From: a virus
Virus genome (UHGV): UHGV-0126599
Length of the DNA: 27,189 nt
Strand: one strand, 5' to 3'
Shown: positions 7,097-17,045 of the stretch, piece after piece
Numbering within the stretch: the first letter of the stretch is position 1
Layout: the number at the start of each line of letters is the position of its first letter
Position numbers and translations under genes: made by a program
Notes under the pieces: model-generated
The model's input: only the letters and a program-made list of their open reading frames with translations
Database searches by the model: none
Told to the model about the DNA's origin: nothing

Positions 7097-8160
7097 TAGG
7101 CACCCGTTTTCATCAAAGTCGAATCATTAATCAGGGTAGAAGCTCCACGCGCAAAGCACATCAAATCCATGTACCACGCCTGACCTCTGGTGTCGCCAGT
7201 ATAGTCGATAGCTTTGACGATATAAACGCCATCTGTCGCAATGCTGGCAGCCTGTGACGTCGTGCCGGTCAGCACACGGTTGCCGTTCTCTTCTGTTTCG
7301 GTGATACGCCCGGGCGACTGTGCGATTTCGCTATTGCCGAGCGCGGCGCGGTACACCGAAGCCTGATCGAGCTGGATAAGACCATTAATACGGATGTTTG
7401 GGTTTATCAGGCACCGCACGTTTACTCCGCCGCCCATCGTTTGTTGCGGCATACCGATCAGGCCAGTATCGGCATTCAACACAATGGCTTCGTGAATATA
7501 TTTATCCTCCGGCACCATCTGGACCTGACCATCCACCAGCTGCCATGTCGCTTTGCACTGCGCAGCAATATTATCCATCACGTTACGGGTGGATGAATAA
7601 ATCGCACGGCCACGAGGAAACACGGTATCAGGAAAGTCACCGGTAATGCCCTGCGTCACGCCGAACGCGTTGAAATCCTGCATAGTCGCCCGGTGCAGGT
7701 CCGCAACGGTATAACCAGCGGCAAGCGTGGTGATGGTAGTCGCGTAGAGGAACGCTTCGTGGTTACTGATGGCCTGAATCAGCACCCAGGAATCGGTGAT
7801 GTTGTCCTTCCCGGTGACGGTGAAGCGAATATCACCGTCAAATATCAGGCCGTAGTTCTGACCGTTCACCTGCCCTACCTGGTCTGGTGAAATCTCCCGG
7901 GCGACACCAACCTGGCTCGCATCAACATCCGGCGCAATACCGTCATACCCGGCAATGATGCGAATTTTTGCAAACTCCTGCCCCAGTATCTTGTTCGTGG
8001 TATCGGTCGAAAGGTTGTAAATTTTCACGTTCGCCACTCGCGGCCAGCGTGTATCTGCCCACTCGATCTGGAACGTGACCTTAAAATCAGACAGGGAAAC
8101 GCCCTGCCCGTTCTGGTCCAACAGTTGCAGCTCAAAATGGCGCATCCAGTTAAGAGACAT
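7096..8160 (-). CDS. Baseplate hub protein (P2 gpD / Mu gp44-like)
   Basis: 354 aa; size and position between tape measure and spike match the hub family. Confidence 0.65.
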   Translation of the reverse strand: MSLNWMRHFELQLLDQNGQGVSLSDFKVTFQIEWADTRWPRVANVKIYNLSTDTTNKILGQEFAKIRIIAGYDGIAPDVDASQVGVAREISPDQVGQVNGQNYGLIFDGDIRFTVTGKDNITDSWVLIQAISNHEAFLYATTITTLAAGYTVADLHRATMQDFNAFGVTQGITGDFPDTVFPRGRAIYSSTRNVMDNIAAQCKATWQLVDGQVQMVPEDKYIHEAIVLNADTGLIGMPQQTMGGGVNVRCLINPNIRINGLIQLDQASVYRAALGNSEIAQSPGRITETEENGNRVLTGTTSQAASIATDGVYIVKAIDYTGDTRGQAWYMDLMCFARGASTLINDSTLMKTGA

Positions 8161-8162
8161 TT

Positions 8163-8468
8163 CTACTCCTGCACGAAAATGAGGTGGCTGTATGTGCCGA
8201 GGTTGGTTTTGGTGGGCTCGTCCGGTGCGCCTACATCGCAGCCAACGAGCAGCGCCCCGTTAATACCTAGTTGAGGATATTGCTCAAGAAGATTTACACC
8301 GGTTACCAGCGGCACGCCAGAAAGAAGCGGTTCGCCACTGCTATCTTGTACATCCAGAATCCAGCCAGCAGAATCACGCCAAATGACTCTCAGCGTGTAT
8401 GTTGTCTCTGCTAACTGAATGCGAAATAGCTGGTTATCCGGCGATAAAGGGATTTCAGTTACATTCAT
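8163..8468 (-). CDS. Small tail/baseplate protein
   Basis: 101 aa ORF, ATGA-coupled to the upstream gene; assigned by synteny only. Confidence 0.5.
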   Translation of the reverse strand: MNVTEIPLSPDNQLFRIQLAETTYTLRVIWRDSAGWILDVQDSSGEPLLSGVPLVTGVNLLEQYPQLGINGALLVGCDVGAPDEPTKTNLGTYSHLIFVQE

Positions 8469-9091
8469 TGGATACCTATAGAGTTACCAAGACTGGTTCC
8501 TTTTAGTCCATCAAACCACCCTGTTGACTTAATTACCGATTCATTTACTGGGGTGGTGGATTTAGTCCCGGAATTCTGCACCGCAGATGTACTAACCCCG
8601 TCCTGCATATCGGATTTATCAGCAACGGTGACATTTTTTGTATGCGTTATGATGACTTCACGCAGGGTAAGCGTGCAGTTCAGCACGTTCTCGCTGGTTT
8701 TATCGGTCGTCACCTCAATGGCTCGCACCAGCATATTGGTGTACACCCTCTTCCCGGTAACCACATCGAACGGTACGCGCTCAAGCTGCATATCCAGCAG
8801 CTTTTGGTATGTCTCCTTTGGGCTAAGCCCAGCGCTAAGACCGATTGAAGATGTATCAATGAAGTCCAGCAACGAACCGCCACCAGCGAAGCCGCATTCC
8901 ATTGTGACTTCGCTGGGGCGCTTATACGCATGATCGGCGATGAAGCCCGAAGCGCTATTCGTTGTTGGCTTCTCCACCGGGTGCTCAGTAATTTCGAGCG
9001 CATCAGAATGCTTTTCGGAGACGACCACGCTGGGAATTAATATGCCAATTCGCCGGGATTGCTGGCGAAAAATAGCGGAGAGAATATCCAT
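8465..9091 (-). CDS. Tail/baseplate protein downstream of the tape measure
   Basis: 208 aa ORF, TAATG-coupled to the tape-measure stop; assigned by synteny only. Confidence 0.5.
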   Translation of the reverse strand: MDILSAIFRQQSRRIGILIPSVVVSEKHSDALEITEHPVEKPTTNSASGFIADHAYKRPSEVTMECGFAGGGSLLDFIDTSSIGLSAGLSPKETYQKLLDMQLERVPFDVVTGKRVYTNMLVRAIEVTTDKTSENVLNCTLTLREVIITHTKNVTVADKSDMQDGVSTSAVQNSGTKSTTPVNESVIKSTGWFDGLKGTSLGNSIGIQ

Positions 9092-11094
9092 TAGCTCGGC
9101 ACCGTTCGAAGTTGTTGAGTTAGTTGTGAATTAACGTTCTTCTGCCGCTCAACTGTGATATTGGCAGCCTCACGTGGATCAGATACACCGTGAATATTAA
9201 TAACCGTTTCTTGCTGTATGTTTTGTGAAGCACCGCCACCAGCGGCCATACGAACCAATTCACTTGGGTAAGGGTTTCTCCCGTTCTCATGATGGATAAT
9301 TCCATTCATCAGAGAGGACATTACCTGCGGATCTTTAAGGTTGAGAATGGCATCAGGAGCCACACCCATCATTTTCGATAACTGAGCAATGTAAGCACCG
9401 GTATTATTTTCATTCCCCGGTGCCCACGTAGAGATTATATCGTTAAGGGTTTGCAGCGGCTTGCCTGTCGTCTTACCTTCAAAGTAGCGCATTAATTGTC
9501 GGGAAAGCGCTTTCAGGCCATCATAGGCAGTTTCAAACCGGGCGAACCTGCCGCCAGGCCTTTCGAGCGTCGCCCCAGATTGCCCACGAAAGTCGATATT
9601 ACCGGGGTTATTATTTCTAATACCTCGTGGAGCTTTAGCAGACTGGGCATGTTGGTCAGGCTCATCATCACCAAACCACCCGCGAATGGTTCTGCCTACG
9701 CTGCGCGGGTCAAATCCCAGATTCTCCTTAACCCAGTCAGCGCTTCTGTTGGCGCTATCCTCTACTGCCGGTGTGGCACTCGGTTGCCCGCTGCCCTGAT
9801 TTAGCAGCTGTTTGCCTATACTAGCGGCCTGCGCCCAGTTGCCATCTTTTATGGCATTCAGCAAATCAGCGATCATGTTCAGCATCTTGCCGAACTCACC
9901 CATTTGCGAAATGAAGTTGCTAAAATCCCACTTTAGGGACCATGACTTGGGGTCAATACCGAGCAACTTAGCCAGCGCTTTTGTCAGGTCCGTAACAGTC
10001 TTTTTCAGGTCACCAATCATTTTGACGGCCTGATCAATTTCAGTCTTCCATTTCCCCCAGTCAATCAGGCTTTTGCCACCTTCTTTCCACGTCTGGTAAT
10101 CATCCAAGAGCAGACCAAGTGCAATAATAAGCGTCGTTATCATGCCCAAGGGTGATGACATGAAAGCGGTATTTAGCAGCCGCCATGCAACCAACAGCCC
10201 ACTGAACAATGCGATAAGCTGCTGCGTGGCTGGGTTCAGCTTTTTGAACCAGGCGATCACACCCTCAACAGCTTGCCCAGTTCGCCATAACACGCGGGTA
10301 ATCGCGTCACCTGCCCAGAGAATTCCTTTGGTGATCTTCGTGATGACCGCTTCAATCTTCGGCCAGTTGTCGAGTATCTGCCTGCGGAAGTTATCAATAC
10401 TGCCAGCAAGGCCACCAGCTAGGTTAGAGCCAATCTTGTCTTTCGCCTGTCCAAGCGTCATCGTCAGATTACGCATGGAGGTCATGAAAATATTGGACTG
10501 TTTAGCCGCTGACTCAGCATTAAAACCAATACGCTTTGCCGTCAACGCGTACTCAGAACTGAGCTGCCCCATCCCTCTGCGCATCGCCATCAGCGTGTTT
10601 TCATCGATGCCAAGCATCTGCGCGTATTGTTTCGCGCGGTAATACGGCATGTTGTTGAGCTTTTGCCCAACGCCAGTAAAGATGGCCGCAGTATCACGCA
10701 TCTTTCCGCTGGCATCGCGGGTCTGGACACCAAGACGGTTCAGGAACCCTTCCGCCCCCGGATTGCTACGCATGAAGCCAGCCAACCCTTCGAGGGAGGA
10801 CATGGCCGACTCAGCGCTGGCGCCAGTTTGCGATGCGGCATAGCCCAGCGCTTTGATGCCCTGGACGCTGGCCCCCGTCCGCTGGGATGCCCAGTAAATT
10901 TTATCCAGACCATTCGCGATCTGGGTGGTAAATCCGACAATGCTCAGCGCTGCTCCTTCCACCACCGCGCCGACCTTCAGAACGTTCGCGGTAACGCCTT
11001 TCAGCACTGCTTCAAACTTATTAGCGCCAGCCTGATCGATATCGAATCCCAGCGAAACAAGGAAATCTTTAATCGTATCTGCGTTACCGCTCAT
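9091..11094 (-). CDS. Tail tape measure protein
   Basis: 667 aa with long helical segments and a membrane-like hydrophobic stretch (ALFSGLLVAWRLL...LIIALGLLL); sits after the chaperone pair. Confidence 0.85.
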   Translation of the reverse strand: MSGNADTIKDFLVSLGFDIDQAGANKFEAVLKGVTANVLKVGAVVEGAALSIVGFTTQIANGLDKIYWASQRTGASVQGIKALGYAASQTGASAESAMSSLEGLAGFMRSNPGAEGFLNRLGVQTRDASGKMRDTAAIFTGVGQKLNNMPYYRAKQYAQMLGIDENTLMAMRRGMGQLSSEYALTAKRIGFNAESAAKQSNIFMTSMRNLTMTLGQAKDKIGSNLAGGLAGSIDNFRRQILDNWPKIEAVITKITKGILWAGDAITRVLWRTGQAVEGVIAWFKKLNPATQQLIALFSGLLVAWRLLNTAFMSSPLGMITTLIIALGLLLDDYQTWKEGGKSLIDWGKWKTEIDQAVKMIGDLKKTVTDLTKALAKLLGIDPKSWSLKWDFSNFISQMGEFGKMLNMIADLLNAIKDGNWAQAASIGKQLLNQGSGQPSATPAVEDSANRSADWVKENLGFDPRSVGRTIRGWFGDDEPDQHAQSAKAPRGIRNNNPGNIDFRGQSGATLERPGGRFARFETAYDGLKALSRQLMRYFEGKTTGKPLQTLNDIISTWAPGNENNTGAYIAQLSKMMGVAPDAILNLKDPQVMSSLMNGIIHHENGRNPYPSELVRMAAGGGASQNIQQETVINIHGVSDPREAANITVERQKNVNSQLTQQLRTVPS

Positions 11095-11327
11095 TGGCCG
11101 CTCTCCATTTATCTACCCGGGCGTCGTTATCCTCGCGCATGTCGAGGTAGTCATTGAGAAGCGCGATGCGGCAAAGGTCTACCGCACCGCTGTTAAGGTC
11201 TTTCTGGTCAATATGGAAGGCAAGCGCCGGGCGAAGAATAAAATCTTCACCGCCCGGCAGGCTGTTGAAGGTTATTCCGCTAGCGGGGTGGGCGTCTCGC
11301 TGGTAGGGAGTCCTTGCAAAAAATTTC
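11084..11327 (-). CDS. Predicted -1 frameshift extension of the tail assembly chaperone (G-T / E-E' type)
   Basis: Slippery A-AAT-TTT-TTG in the chaperone 0 frame (plus 11317-11329). The -1 frame is open from there for about 80 codons and stops at 11084-11086, just past the tape-measure ATG; the other shifted frame stops almost at once. Confidence 0.5.
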
Positions 11328-11697
11328 CCAGCGAGTCGGCGACCACCCGCGCCACCAGTTGCAGCATGGTAAGCAGGTCGATATCGTCAAACGCCATTTC
11401 GCCATGCTGGCAGACCGGCACCCAGCCTTTCATGTGCTCGCGTGAAACAACGGAAAGACAGGGGAACAGGATAGCGTCCACGTCGCCATCACTCAGATCG
11501 GACACAGCATTGGCAATCTTTGGCAGGATGGTAGCCATCGCGCCTTCGGTGTCTTTGCTGCTGATCTTCTCCTGAACGCTCCGGAAGTCCGAAACCATCC
11601 CGGCCAGAACCGGCAACAGCTTGCGGGACACCTTCAGCTGTTCGAAAACGCTGAGCTTTGCGGTGCGATATTTCACGCCTTTAATTTCGAATTCCAT
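11272..11697 (-). CDS. Tail assembly chaperone
   Basis: 141 aa ORF between tube and tape measure, with the frameshift signature in its 3' end. Confidence 0.7.
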   Translation of the reverse strand: MEFEIKGVKYRTAKLSVFEQLKVSRKLLPVLAGMVSDFRSVQEKISSKDTEGAMATILPKIANAVSDLSDGDVDAILFPCLSVVSREHMKGWVPVCQHGEMAFDDIDLLTMLQLVARVVADSLGNFLQGLPTSETPTPLAE

Positions 11698-11700
11698 GCG

Positions 11701-12141
11701 TTAAAACTCCCCGAGAAGCTGGTCAATCTTGCCGCAGTCGAATACCCAGGCGACGGTTCCGCCCTCTTTAGCGTTATTGAAATCAGGCTGTTTCTGGAAT
11801 GCACACGAACGCGCAGTAGAAATATCACCCGATGCCGTGTTGCGAATGACGATCACGTTATTGCCCCAGGTGGCAGAGGACTGGCTTTGCGCGTTATACG
11901 CCAGAGACAGCTTTTTATTCACCGGGGAGGTTTTGAGTAGCGTCACCGTAATGGTGCCTGACTTATCGGCGTGCAGGCTGTGCATCACCTCGCCATCGGC
12001 ACCGATGGTCATGGTGTTTTTGTTGCCGCCCATGGTCTGGGTGATACCTTCCTCAGAGTTCGCAGAACCCTGACCAAGATCGATAACGCCGGTCGGCCCG
12101 GTGAGCGACGCGGTTACATCGAGAAAAGAATAAGTTGCCAT
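11701..12141 (-). CDS. Tail tube protein
   Basis: 146 aa, immediately downstream of the sheath gene. Confidence 0.7.
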   Translation of the reverse strand: MATYSFLDVTASLTGPTGVIDLGQGSANSEEGITQTMGGNKNTMTIGADGEVMHSLHADKSGTITVTLLKTSPVNKKLSLAYNAQSQSSATWGNNVIVIRNTASGDISTARSCAFQKQPDFNNAKEGGTVAWVFDCGKIDQLLGEF

Positions 12142-12151
12142 TTATCGCTCC

Positions 12152-13312
12152 TTAGCGAACCACGTTGATCTGCACATCGGCATAATGAACTGCGCCAGCC
12201 AGCTTACAGGCCACCTGGATTAACGGTGCTTTGCGCGCTTCGCGGTCGGCCTGCGCCTGTTCGGACAGCGGTTGCGCATACACGTAATAGCCTTTGGTCA
12301 GCGTATCGCCGGAATTCAGCTGTCCGATAGGGCCACCATTCCACACGCCAGCAGCTACCAGACCGTTCGTGACGGACTGATCCATGGACTGTTCAACGTT
12401 GGAAAGCAGACGGGTAACACCGGCATCAGTCTGCGGAATTTTGGTGGTGCTGGTGTAAAGCAGGTTATAGAGGTTGGTCTGAACGTAGTTCTGCAACCAG
12501 TCGAGCCCGTGGCGCTCGTCGAAGAAGTCACCGTTCGCCATGACACCCTGTTGCAGGATCGCCGTGTCGTTGGCGTAGTACACGAACACGTTCGCATTCT
12601 TCGTATCCACCGCAGCCGCCTGGCCTACCGTCAACGTTTCGTAGGTTACGCTTGGTTCCTGTTTGAACTTCAGGGTAATGGTGGTATTGCTGCCGTTGAA
12701 ATTGACAGTAAACGCACGACCGAAAGCAGAAACCGCTGCGTAAGGGCTGCTGGTGGAATACTGAATAAAGGTACGGGCATACTTGCCAGCCTTTAATTTC
12801 GACGCAACATCGGTCGTCGAAGTCGTGCTGATAATCTCGGCGTCGGCAGAGGTCACACCAAAGATACGGCTAAGGCTGGACGCTTCAATAAGTTTGGCGA
12901 CCTCAATCACGTCATCAGCATCAAGCACATCGCCACCAGCGACAACATCATCAGCGACAACCAGCCCATACCAGTTGGTATATTGCAGGCAGGCATTAAC
13001 GGCTTGCACGATAGTTTCAGTATCTCCACTCTCGGAAGAACTCAGCGTCTTCGCCCAGCGACCAACATAAACCTGTGTCGGCTTCGGTGACTGGCTGAAG
13101 AAAACCTGCGCTGCTTTATATTCCGGGCTGTCGACACCGAAGTCTTCGCCAATGTCCTCAATGGAAGCATATAGGCGAGTACGTTCTGTCACCGGAATGA
13201 CAGTGGAAGAGCCAAGGATTAGCAATGCGCCGAAGTTACGACCAGTAGCCGCTTTCGGCGAGATGATCACATCAACGTTTACAACGTTGGATACAGGTAA
13301 GCCCTGCGTCAT
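12152..13312 (-). CDS. Contractile tail sheath protein
   Basis: 386 aa; size, position and sequence character fit a sheath. Confidence 0.8.
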   Translation of the reverse strand: MTQGLPVSNVVNVDVIISPKAATGRNFGALLILGSSTVIPVTERTRLYASIEDIGEDFGVDSPEYKAAQVFFSQSPKPTQVYVGRWAKTLSSSESGDTETIVQAVNACLQYTNWYGLVVADDVVAGGDVLDADDVIEVAKLIEASSLSRIFGVTSADAEIISTTSTTDVASKLKAGKYARTFIQYSTSSPYAAVSAFGRAFTVNFNGSNTTITLKFKQEPSVTYETLTVGQAAAVDTKNANVFVYYANDTAILQQGVMANGDFFDERHGLDWLQNYVQTNLYNLLYTSTTKIPQTDAGVTRLLSNVEQSMDQSVTNGLVAAGVWNGGPIGQLNSGDTLTKGYYVYAQPLSEQAQADREARKAPLIQVACKLAGAVHYADVQINVVR

Positions 13313-13315
13313 AGT

Positions 13316-13879
13316 TTATTCTCCAAAAAAGGTGACTGGCACTTCCACCAGCGATTTGATGCCATACTCGCGGACAACCTTCCGGCGCAGTCGCACCGTC
13401 ATGTCGTAACGGCGAACCCATTGCTGGTTGATAAGTTCGGGGAAAGGGGTCAGAGCGGTATAGTCGCCAAGGGATAAACCAAGCGCGTTCAGCTCAGCAT
13501 TGTTTTGCGGGACAGATATACCATCGCGAAAACGGGACGCATAAGACATACCAGCCGGACCATAGAACGACGCCATGCACTCGAACGTTTCATGCCTCCA
13601 GAGCTGAGCGCCCTCTTCAGTCTGCCCGATGAATGCAGGGTTGTTATCAATGAGCAACCCGGTAACGCCAAACGCGCACCAGTTCGTTTCAACGGGTGGC
13701 AGTGGCGGCTGATTTTTCTGCCAGCGCGGACGAACCATTCCAGACGGCAAGCCGGAAACATTGCGCATCCACTGGCTTAGCAGCCTGTCGAGCGCTTCGT
13801 CATAAGCCGGATCGCCGCTGGTGGGTGTCAGCCAGCCGCGCTCTGTGCTGGTGTTATTGCTCAATGGGAGTTCCCCCAT
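13316..13879 (-). CDS. Head-tail connector / tail completion protein (putative)
   Basis: ORF 13316-13921; ATG at 13879 (MGELPLSNN...) chosen over the GTG at 13921; function from position only. Confidence 0.45.
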   Translation of the reverse strand: MGELPLSNNTSTERGWLTPTSGDPAYDEALDRLLSQWMRNVSGLPSGMVRPRWQKNQPPLPPVETNWCAFGVTGLLIDNNPAFIGQTEEGAQLWRHETFECMASFYGPAGMSYASRFRDGISVPQNNAELNALGLSLGDYTALTPFPELINQQWVRRYDMTVRLRRKVVREYGIKSLVEVPVTFFGE

Positions 13880-14243
13880 CAAACGGCAGTAATTCACAAT
13901 GAGCCTGGACGAAGCCAGCACCGTAAGCCGTATACGGGTCGACGAATGTCACGCGATAATCACGGTTCTGATACGTCACGATATCGGCATCACGGCCAGT
14001 CTGCCCCTGCGTCAGCCGCTCAGTTGTCACGATGAGAATCGCGCCGCTGATAACCTGCCCGGCCTGCATGCGGCGGTTTTCCAGGGAGCGGTCAACAGTA
14101 ACAACCCCGGCAAACTGCGTTTTAACTTCGCTGTCGCTGCCGATCCCGTCATCGTCCACCGTTTGCGCGCGACGCGTTACCCACAGGTTGAAGTCGCAAA
14201 AATCGGGGTCAAAAAGCACGTCTGTTACATCAAGAGTCGGCAT
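13854..14243 (-). CDS. Head-tail joining protein (putative)
   Basis: 129 aa ORF in the connector cluster. Confidence 0.45.
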   Translation of the reverse strand: MPTLDVTDVLFDPDFCDFNLWVTRRAQTVDDDGIGSDSEVKTQFAGVVTVDRSLENRRMQAGQVISGAILIVTTERLTQGQTGRDADIVTYQNRDYRVTFVDPYTAYGAGFVQAHCELLPFDGGTPIEQ

Positions 14244-14784
14244 CTTTATCCCTCACAATATGGGTAATAGCTCTGCGATATTGCCCGGTGTCGATTAGCG
14301 GTTTCACCAGATCGGTTCCAGGAGACTCACCAGCAGCGCGCCGCGCAAGTTCCTCTTTTGCCCCTTTGCGCCCACGACGAGCCCGGGCTTCAACAGTGCT
14401 GTCAGCAAGCGGCGTAAAGCCGGTAATAGTCATGTAACGCCTGACGCCATTAGCGGCCAGCGTTCCGGCGCGGTTGAGCGATCTTTCCGCACCCGCCGCA
14501 TTACCATCAAGCGCAGCCTGCGCCGCTGCTTTAAGCTGCGGCACTATCTGTTCCTCTACCGATTTAACGCCGGGGATCAGGTGCGGGCGTGGGGGGATGT
14601 TTTGCGCTGGTGAGCCGTATTCGTTGACGTAACCGATCCCGGCATTACCAAACGGAACATCCTCACGCTCGCTGTCTTCTTCCGGGATGCCCACCAGCAC
14701 TTCTTTTTTACCGATGGATTTGAGCGCATCCAGAATGGCCTGAGCGTTATCCACCCTCGTTGTCACACCGCTTTTGAAACTCAT
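14230..14784 (-). CDS. Head completion/morphogenesis protein (putative)
   Basis: 184 aa, ATGA-coupled to the upstream gene. Confidence 0.45.
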   Translation of the reverse strand: MSFKSGVTTRVDNAQAILDALKSIGKKEVLVGIPEEDSEREDVPFGNAGIGYVNEYGSPAQNIPPRPHLIPGVKSVEEQIVPQLKAAAQAALDGNAAGAERSLNRAGTLAANGVRRYMTITGFTPLADSTVEARARRGRKGAKEELARRAAGESPGTDLVKPLIDTGQYRRAITHIVRDKDADS

Positions 14785-15188
14785 AGCTGGCGACCGCCCG
14801 CACCAAACATCGTGATCAGCTGATAAAATTCAGCGCCATATCGGGTGTTATTCCAGAAGCCTGCGTCAGGGTTTAGCGTCGCGCTGGTGTCATAGCTGAC
14901 GCTTACCTTGTCAACGGACTTAGAGGACTGAACACCATTGGTTGAACCGCCCGGGCCGCCAACCAGCATCGCCCGGCTATCTGCCGCCCAAAGCGTCATG
15001 TAGTGCGCAACGAACAACTCGGCAAAATACGGAAACAACTTTTTGCCGGTGACCTTTTCGCTTAGCAGCACATCGGCCAGATTCAGACGAAACTCGATTT
15101 GCGCTTCGGGATATTTGGCAGGGTCAGCAAACTGCGGGAAGTCGCGGCGAAAATCACTTACTGTTGGCAGGCTTTGATTCTTTGGCAT
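14781..15188 (-). CDS. Head-tail adaptor protein (putative)
   Basis: ORF 14781-15224 whose track start is TTG; ATG at 15188 (MPKNQSL...) preferred. Confidence 0.45.
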   Translation of the reverse strand: MPKNQSLPTVSDFRRDFPQFADPAKYPEAQIEFRLNLADVLLSEKVTGKKLFPYFAELFVAHYMTLWAADSRAMLVGGPGGSTNGVQSSKSVDKVSVSYDTSATLNPDAGFWNNTRYGAEFYQLITMFGAGGRQL

Positions 15189-15543
15189 CTTTCGCCCCAT
15201 TACCGCCAGTCTGGGCGGCAGCAATCTGCGCTTGCAGGCTGTCGTTCTGCTCTTGCAGCTTGAGCAGCGCTTCTTTCAGATCGGCAATCAGCTGATCTTT
15301 ATCGACAATCTGCTTATCTTTGTCGGCAATCTGCGCTTGCAGGCTGTCGATAATGGGTTGCAGATCATCGGTGTCGCTAATCACGCTTTCGGAAAGCTCA
15401 GAGTGCGCCTGGGTGAACCAGTGAGACGCGACCTCTTCCGGTACGTTATGCCGCCCCCGGCCAAACTCCTGTTTTGACTGATCGCCGAGCGTCAGCGTAA
15501 ACGGAGTGTGAACATGGATGGTAACCAGCTTTTCTTTCGCCAT
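15154..15543 (-). CDS. Coiled-coil phage protein with an internal repeat
   Basis: 129 aa; the repeated DSLQAQIA segment is encoded by a perfect 24-bp direct repeat; function unknown. Confidence 0.5.
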   Translation of the reverse strand: MAKEKLVTIHVHTPFTLTLGDQSKQEFGRGRHNVPEEVASHWFTQAHSELSESVISDTDDLQPIIDSLQAQIADKDKQIVDKDQLIADLKEALLKLQEQNDSLQAQIAAAQTGGNGAKDAKESKPANSK

Positions 15544-15584
15544 TTTCAGTTTCCTTCTGGCCCCTTTCGGGGCCGTTCTGGTTA

Positions 15585-16526
15585 TCAGATACCGTCCACG
15601 TAGGACAGGGTTTCTTTGTACACTGGCTCAACCGCACCGAGCTTGCCGTAGTAGGTCGCAATCTGGTACAGACTGCGATACTGGATAGGAACGCTCTGCA
15701 ACGGCACCAGCGGATAGCGCACATATTTCTTGTCGTTGGTGTAGGCGACCATACGGTCTTTACCGCCAACCCCGCGCCCTTTCAGCCATTTAACCGCTTT
15801 GATTTCCAGCGGAACGCCGTTCTGGTGGAAAGCGATAGTGTTCACGGCCAGATAGGTCAGCAGTGACTGGTTACCCGCTTCGGAAACCTTACGGCTCGCC
15901 AGCAGTGAATACTGCTCTGGCGGAATGCGCAGATCAGAAGGCACGACGGAATAACCGGATGCTGCCCAGGCATTCGACAGAATGCTGTTCACGCTATCGA
16001 GAATCTCGTCGTTGGTGGAGTTCGCCCAGGTCTTCGGCGCATTGTTCAGCGTCACACCGACAAGGTTTGCCAGCCCTTTCAGGCCGAGCGCATCATCGCC
16101 AATGTAAACCTGCTCGTCGTTGTCCATCTGCCATTTGAGCTGCATCCCGTCGTACTTCTGGGTATCAATCGGGCGACCTACCTGCTGAGCTGCTGCCAGC
16201 TCTACAACGGTCCAGCCCAGTTCCATGCCCCAGAGGTTCAGCGGATTGCCGTCTTTGCCGATATCAACATTCACGCCAGCAATAGCAGTGGAGTCTTTGC
16301 CTACCCAGTTTTTACCGTTCGGATTTGCGCCAGTACCAGCAGCGCCAAAACTGGTGTTAGTCCAGCTGGAAATGTCATCTGCGATAGAAACGTCTTCACG
16401 CAGCTGAATATCGCGGGTCCAGGTGTAACCCACCAGCGGCAGGTTCAGCGTCTGGTCGAGTCGCTCCAGCTCCCCGATGAGAAAGGCACCAGAGCTATCA
16501 ACGGTTGCCTGATCAAAAGTAATCAT
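15585..16526 (-). CDS. Major capsid protein
   Basis: 313 aa; position after protease/scaffold and decoration-like genes and overall character fit a major capsid protein. Confidence 0.7.
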   Translation of the reverse strand: MITFDQATVDSSGAFLIGELERLDQTLNLPLVGYTWTRDIQLREDVSIADDISSWTNTSFGAAGTGANPNGKNWVGKDSTAIAGVNVDIGKDGNPLNLWGMELGWTVVELAAAQQVGRPIDTQKYDGMQLKWQMDNDEQVYIGDDALGLKGLANLVGVTLNNAPKTWANSTNDEILDSVNSILSNAWAASGYSVVPSDLRIPPEQYSLLASRKVSEAGNQSLLTYLAVNTIAFHQNGVPLEIKAVKWLKGRGVGGKDRMVAYTNDKKYVRYPLVPLQSVPIQYRSLYQIATYYGKLGAVEPVYKETLSYVDGI

Positions 16527-16537
16527 TCGTCTGTTCC

Positions 16538-17041
16538 TTAAATCTTCCAGGAGATTTCTGCATTGCCGTTAGCGTCACCGGCCCCTGTGAATTCGGCGTT
16601 GGTCAGCGCCACGTTTTTGCCACTGACGGACGTGGACATGAAGCCGCCCAGCGGCACTTTGATGGATTCATCAGTGGAGACGACAACGTATACCGGGTCG
16701 CCTTTTTTGATGGTGCTGGCATCAAAATCAGAGCCGAGATTAACGGTCATGTAGCCACGCTTCATGGCGTCACCCGGGAAGTTCTTATCCGTCCCCACCT
16801 GGCGAACCATGTCTGGCTGCGATGTGGTCGGATACGGACGAACGTAGATCCCCTTCACCTTGTCGGCGGTGTCACCGTCCGCCAGCGGCACGAAAAAGCC
16901 GTCAGCGTCATATTTGCCAGCCAGACCATAGGCAGCGAAGGCGTTAGCGGATTTAAGGATCACCGGTTCGACGGTTAAGTCCTGCGGGCGAGAGATAGCC
17001 CCGGCAATGCCAACAGGCATCCGGTACAAATATGCAGTCAT
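16538..17041 (-). CDS. Capsid-associated protein (decoration/cement-like, putative)
   Basis: 167 aa between the protease/scaffold and the major capsid gene. Confidence 0.45.
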   Translation of the reverse strand: MTAYLYRMPVGIAGAISRPQDLTVEPVILKSANAFAAYGLAGKYDADGFFVPLADGDTADKVKGIYVRPYPTTSQPDMVRQVGTDKNFPGDAMKRGYMTVNLGSDFDASTIKKGDPVYVVVSTDESIKVPLGGFMSTSVSGKNVALTNAEFTGAGDANGNAEISWKI

Positions 17042-17045
17042 TGGA

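Noticed and set aside
10142-11157. Two plus-strand ORFs (166 and 176 aa) inside the tape-measure gene
   Set aside because: Antisense shadow ORFs; the minus-strand tape measure is continuous and well supported.
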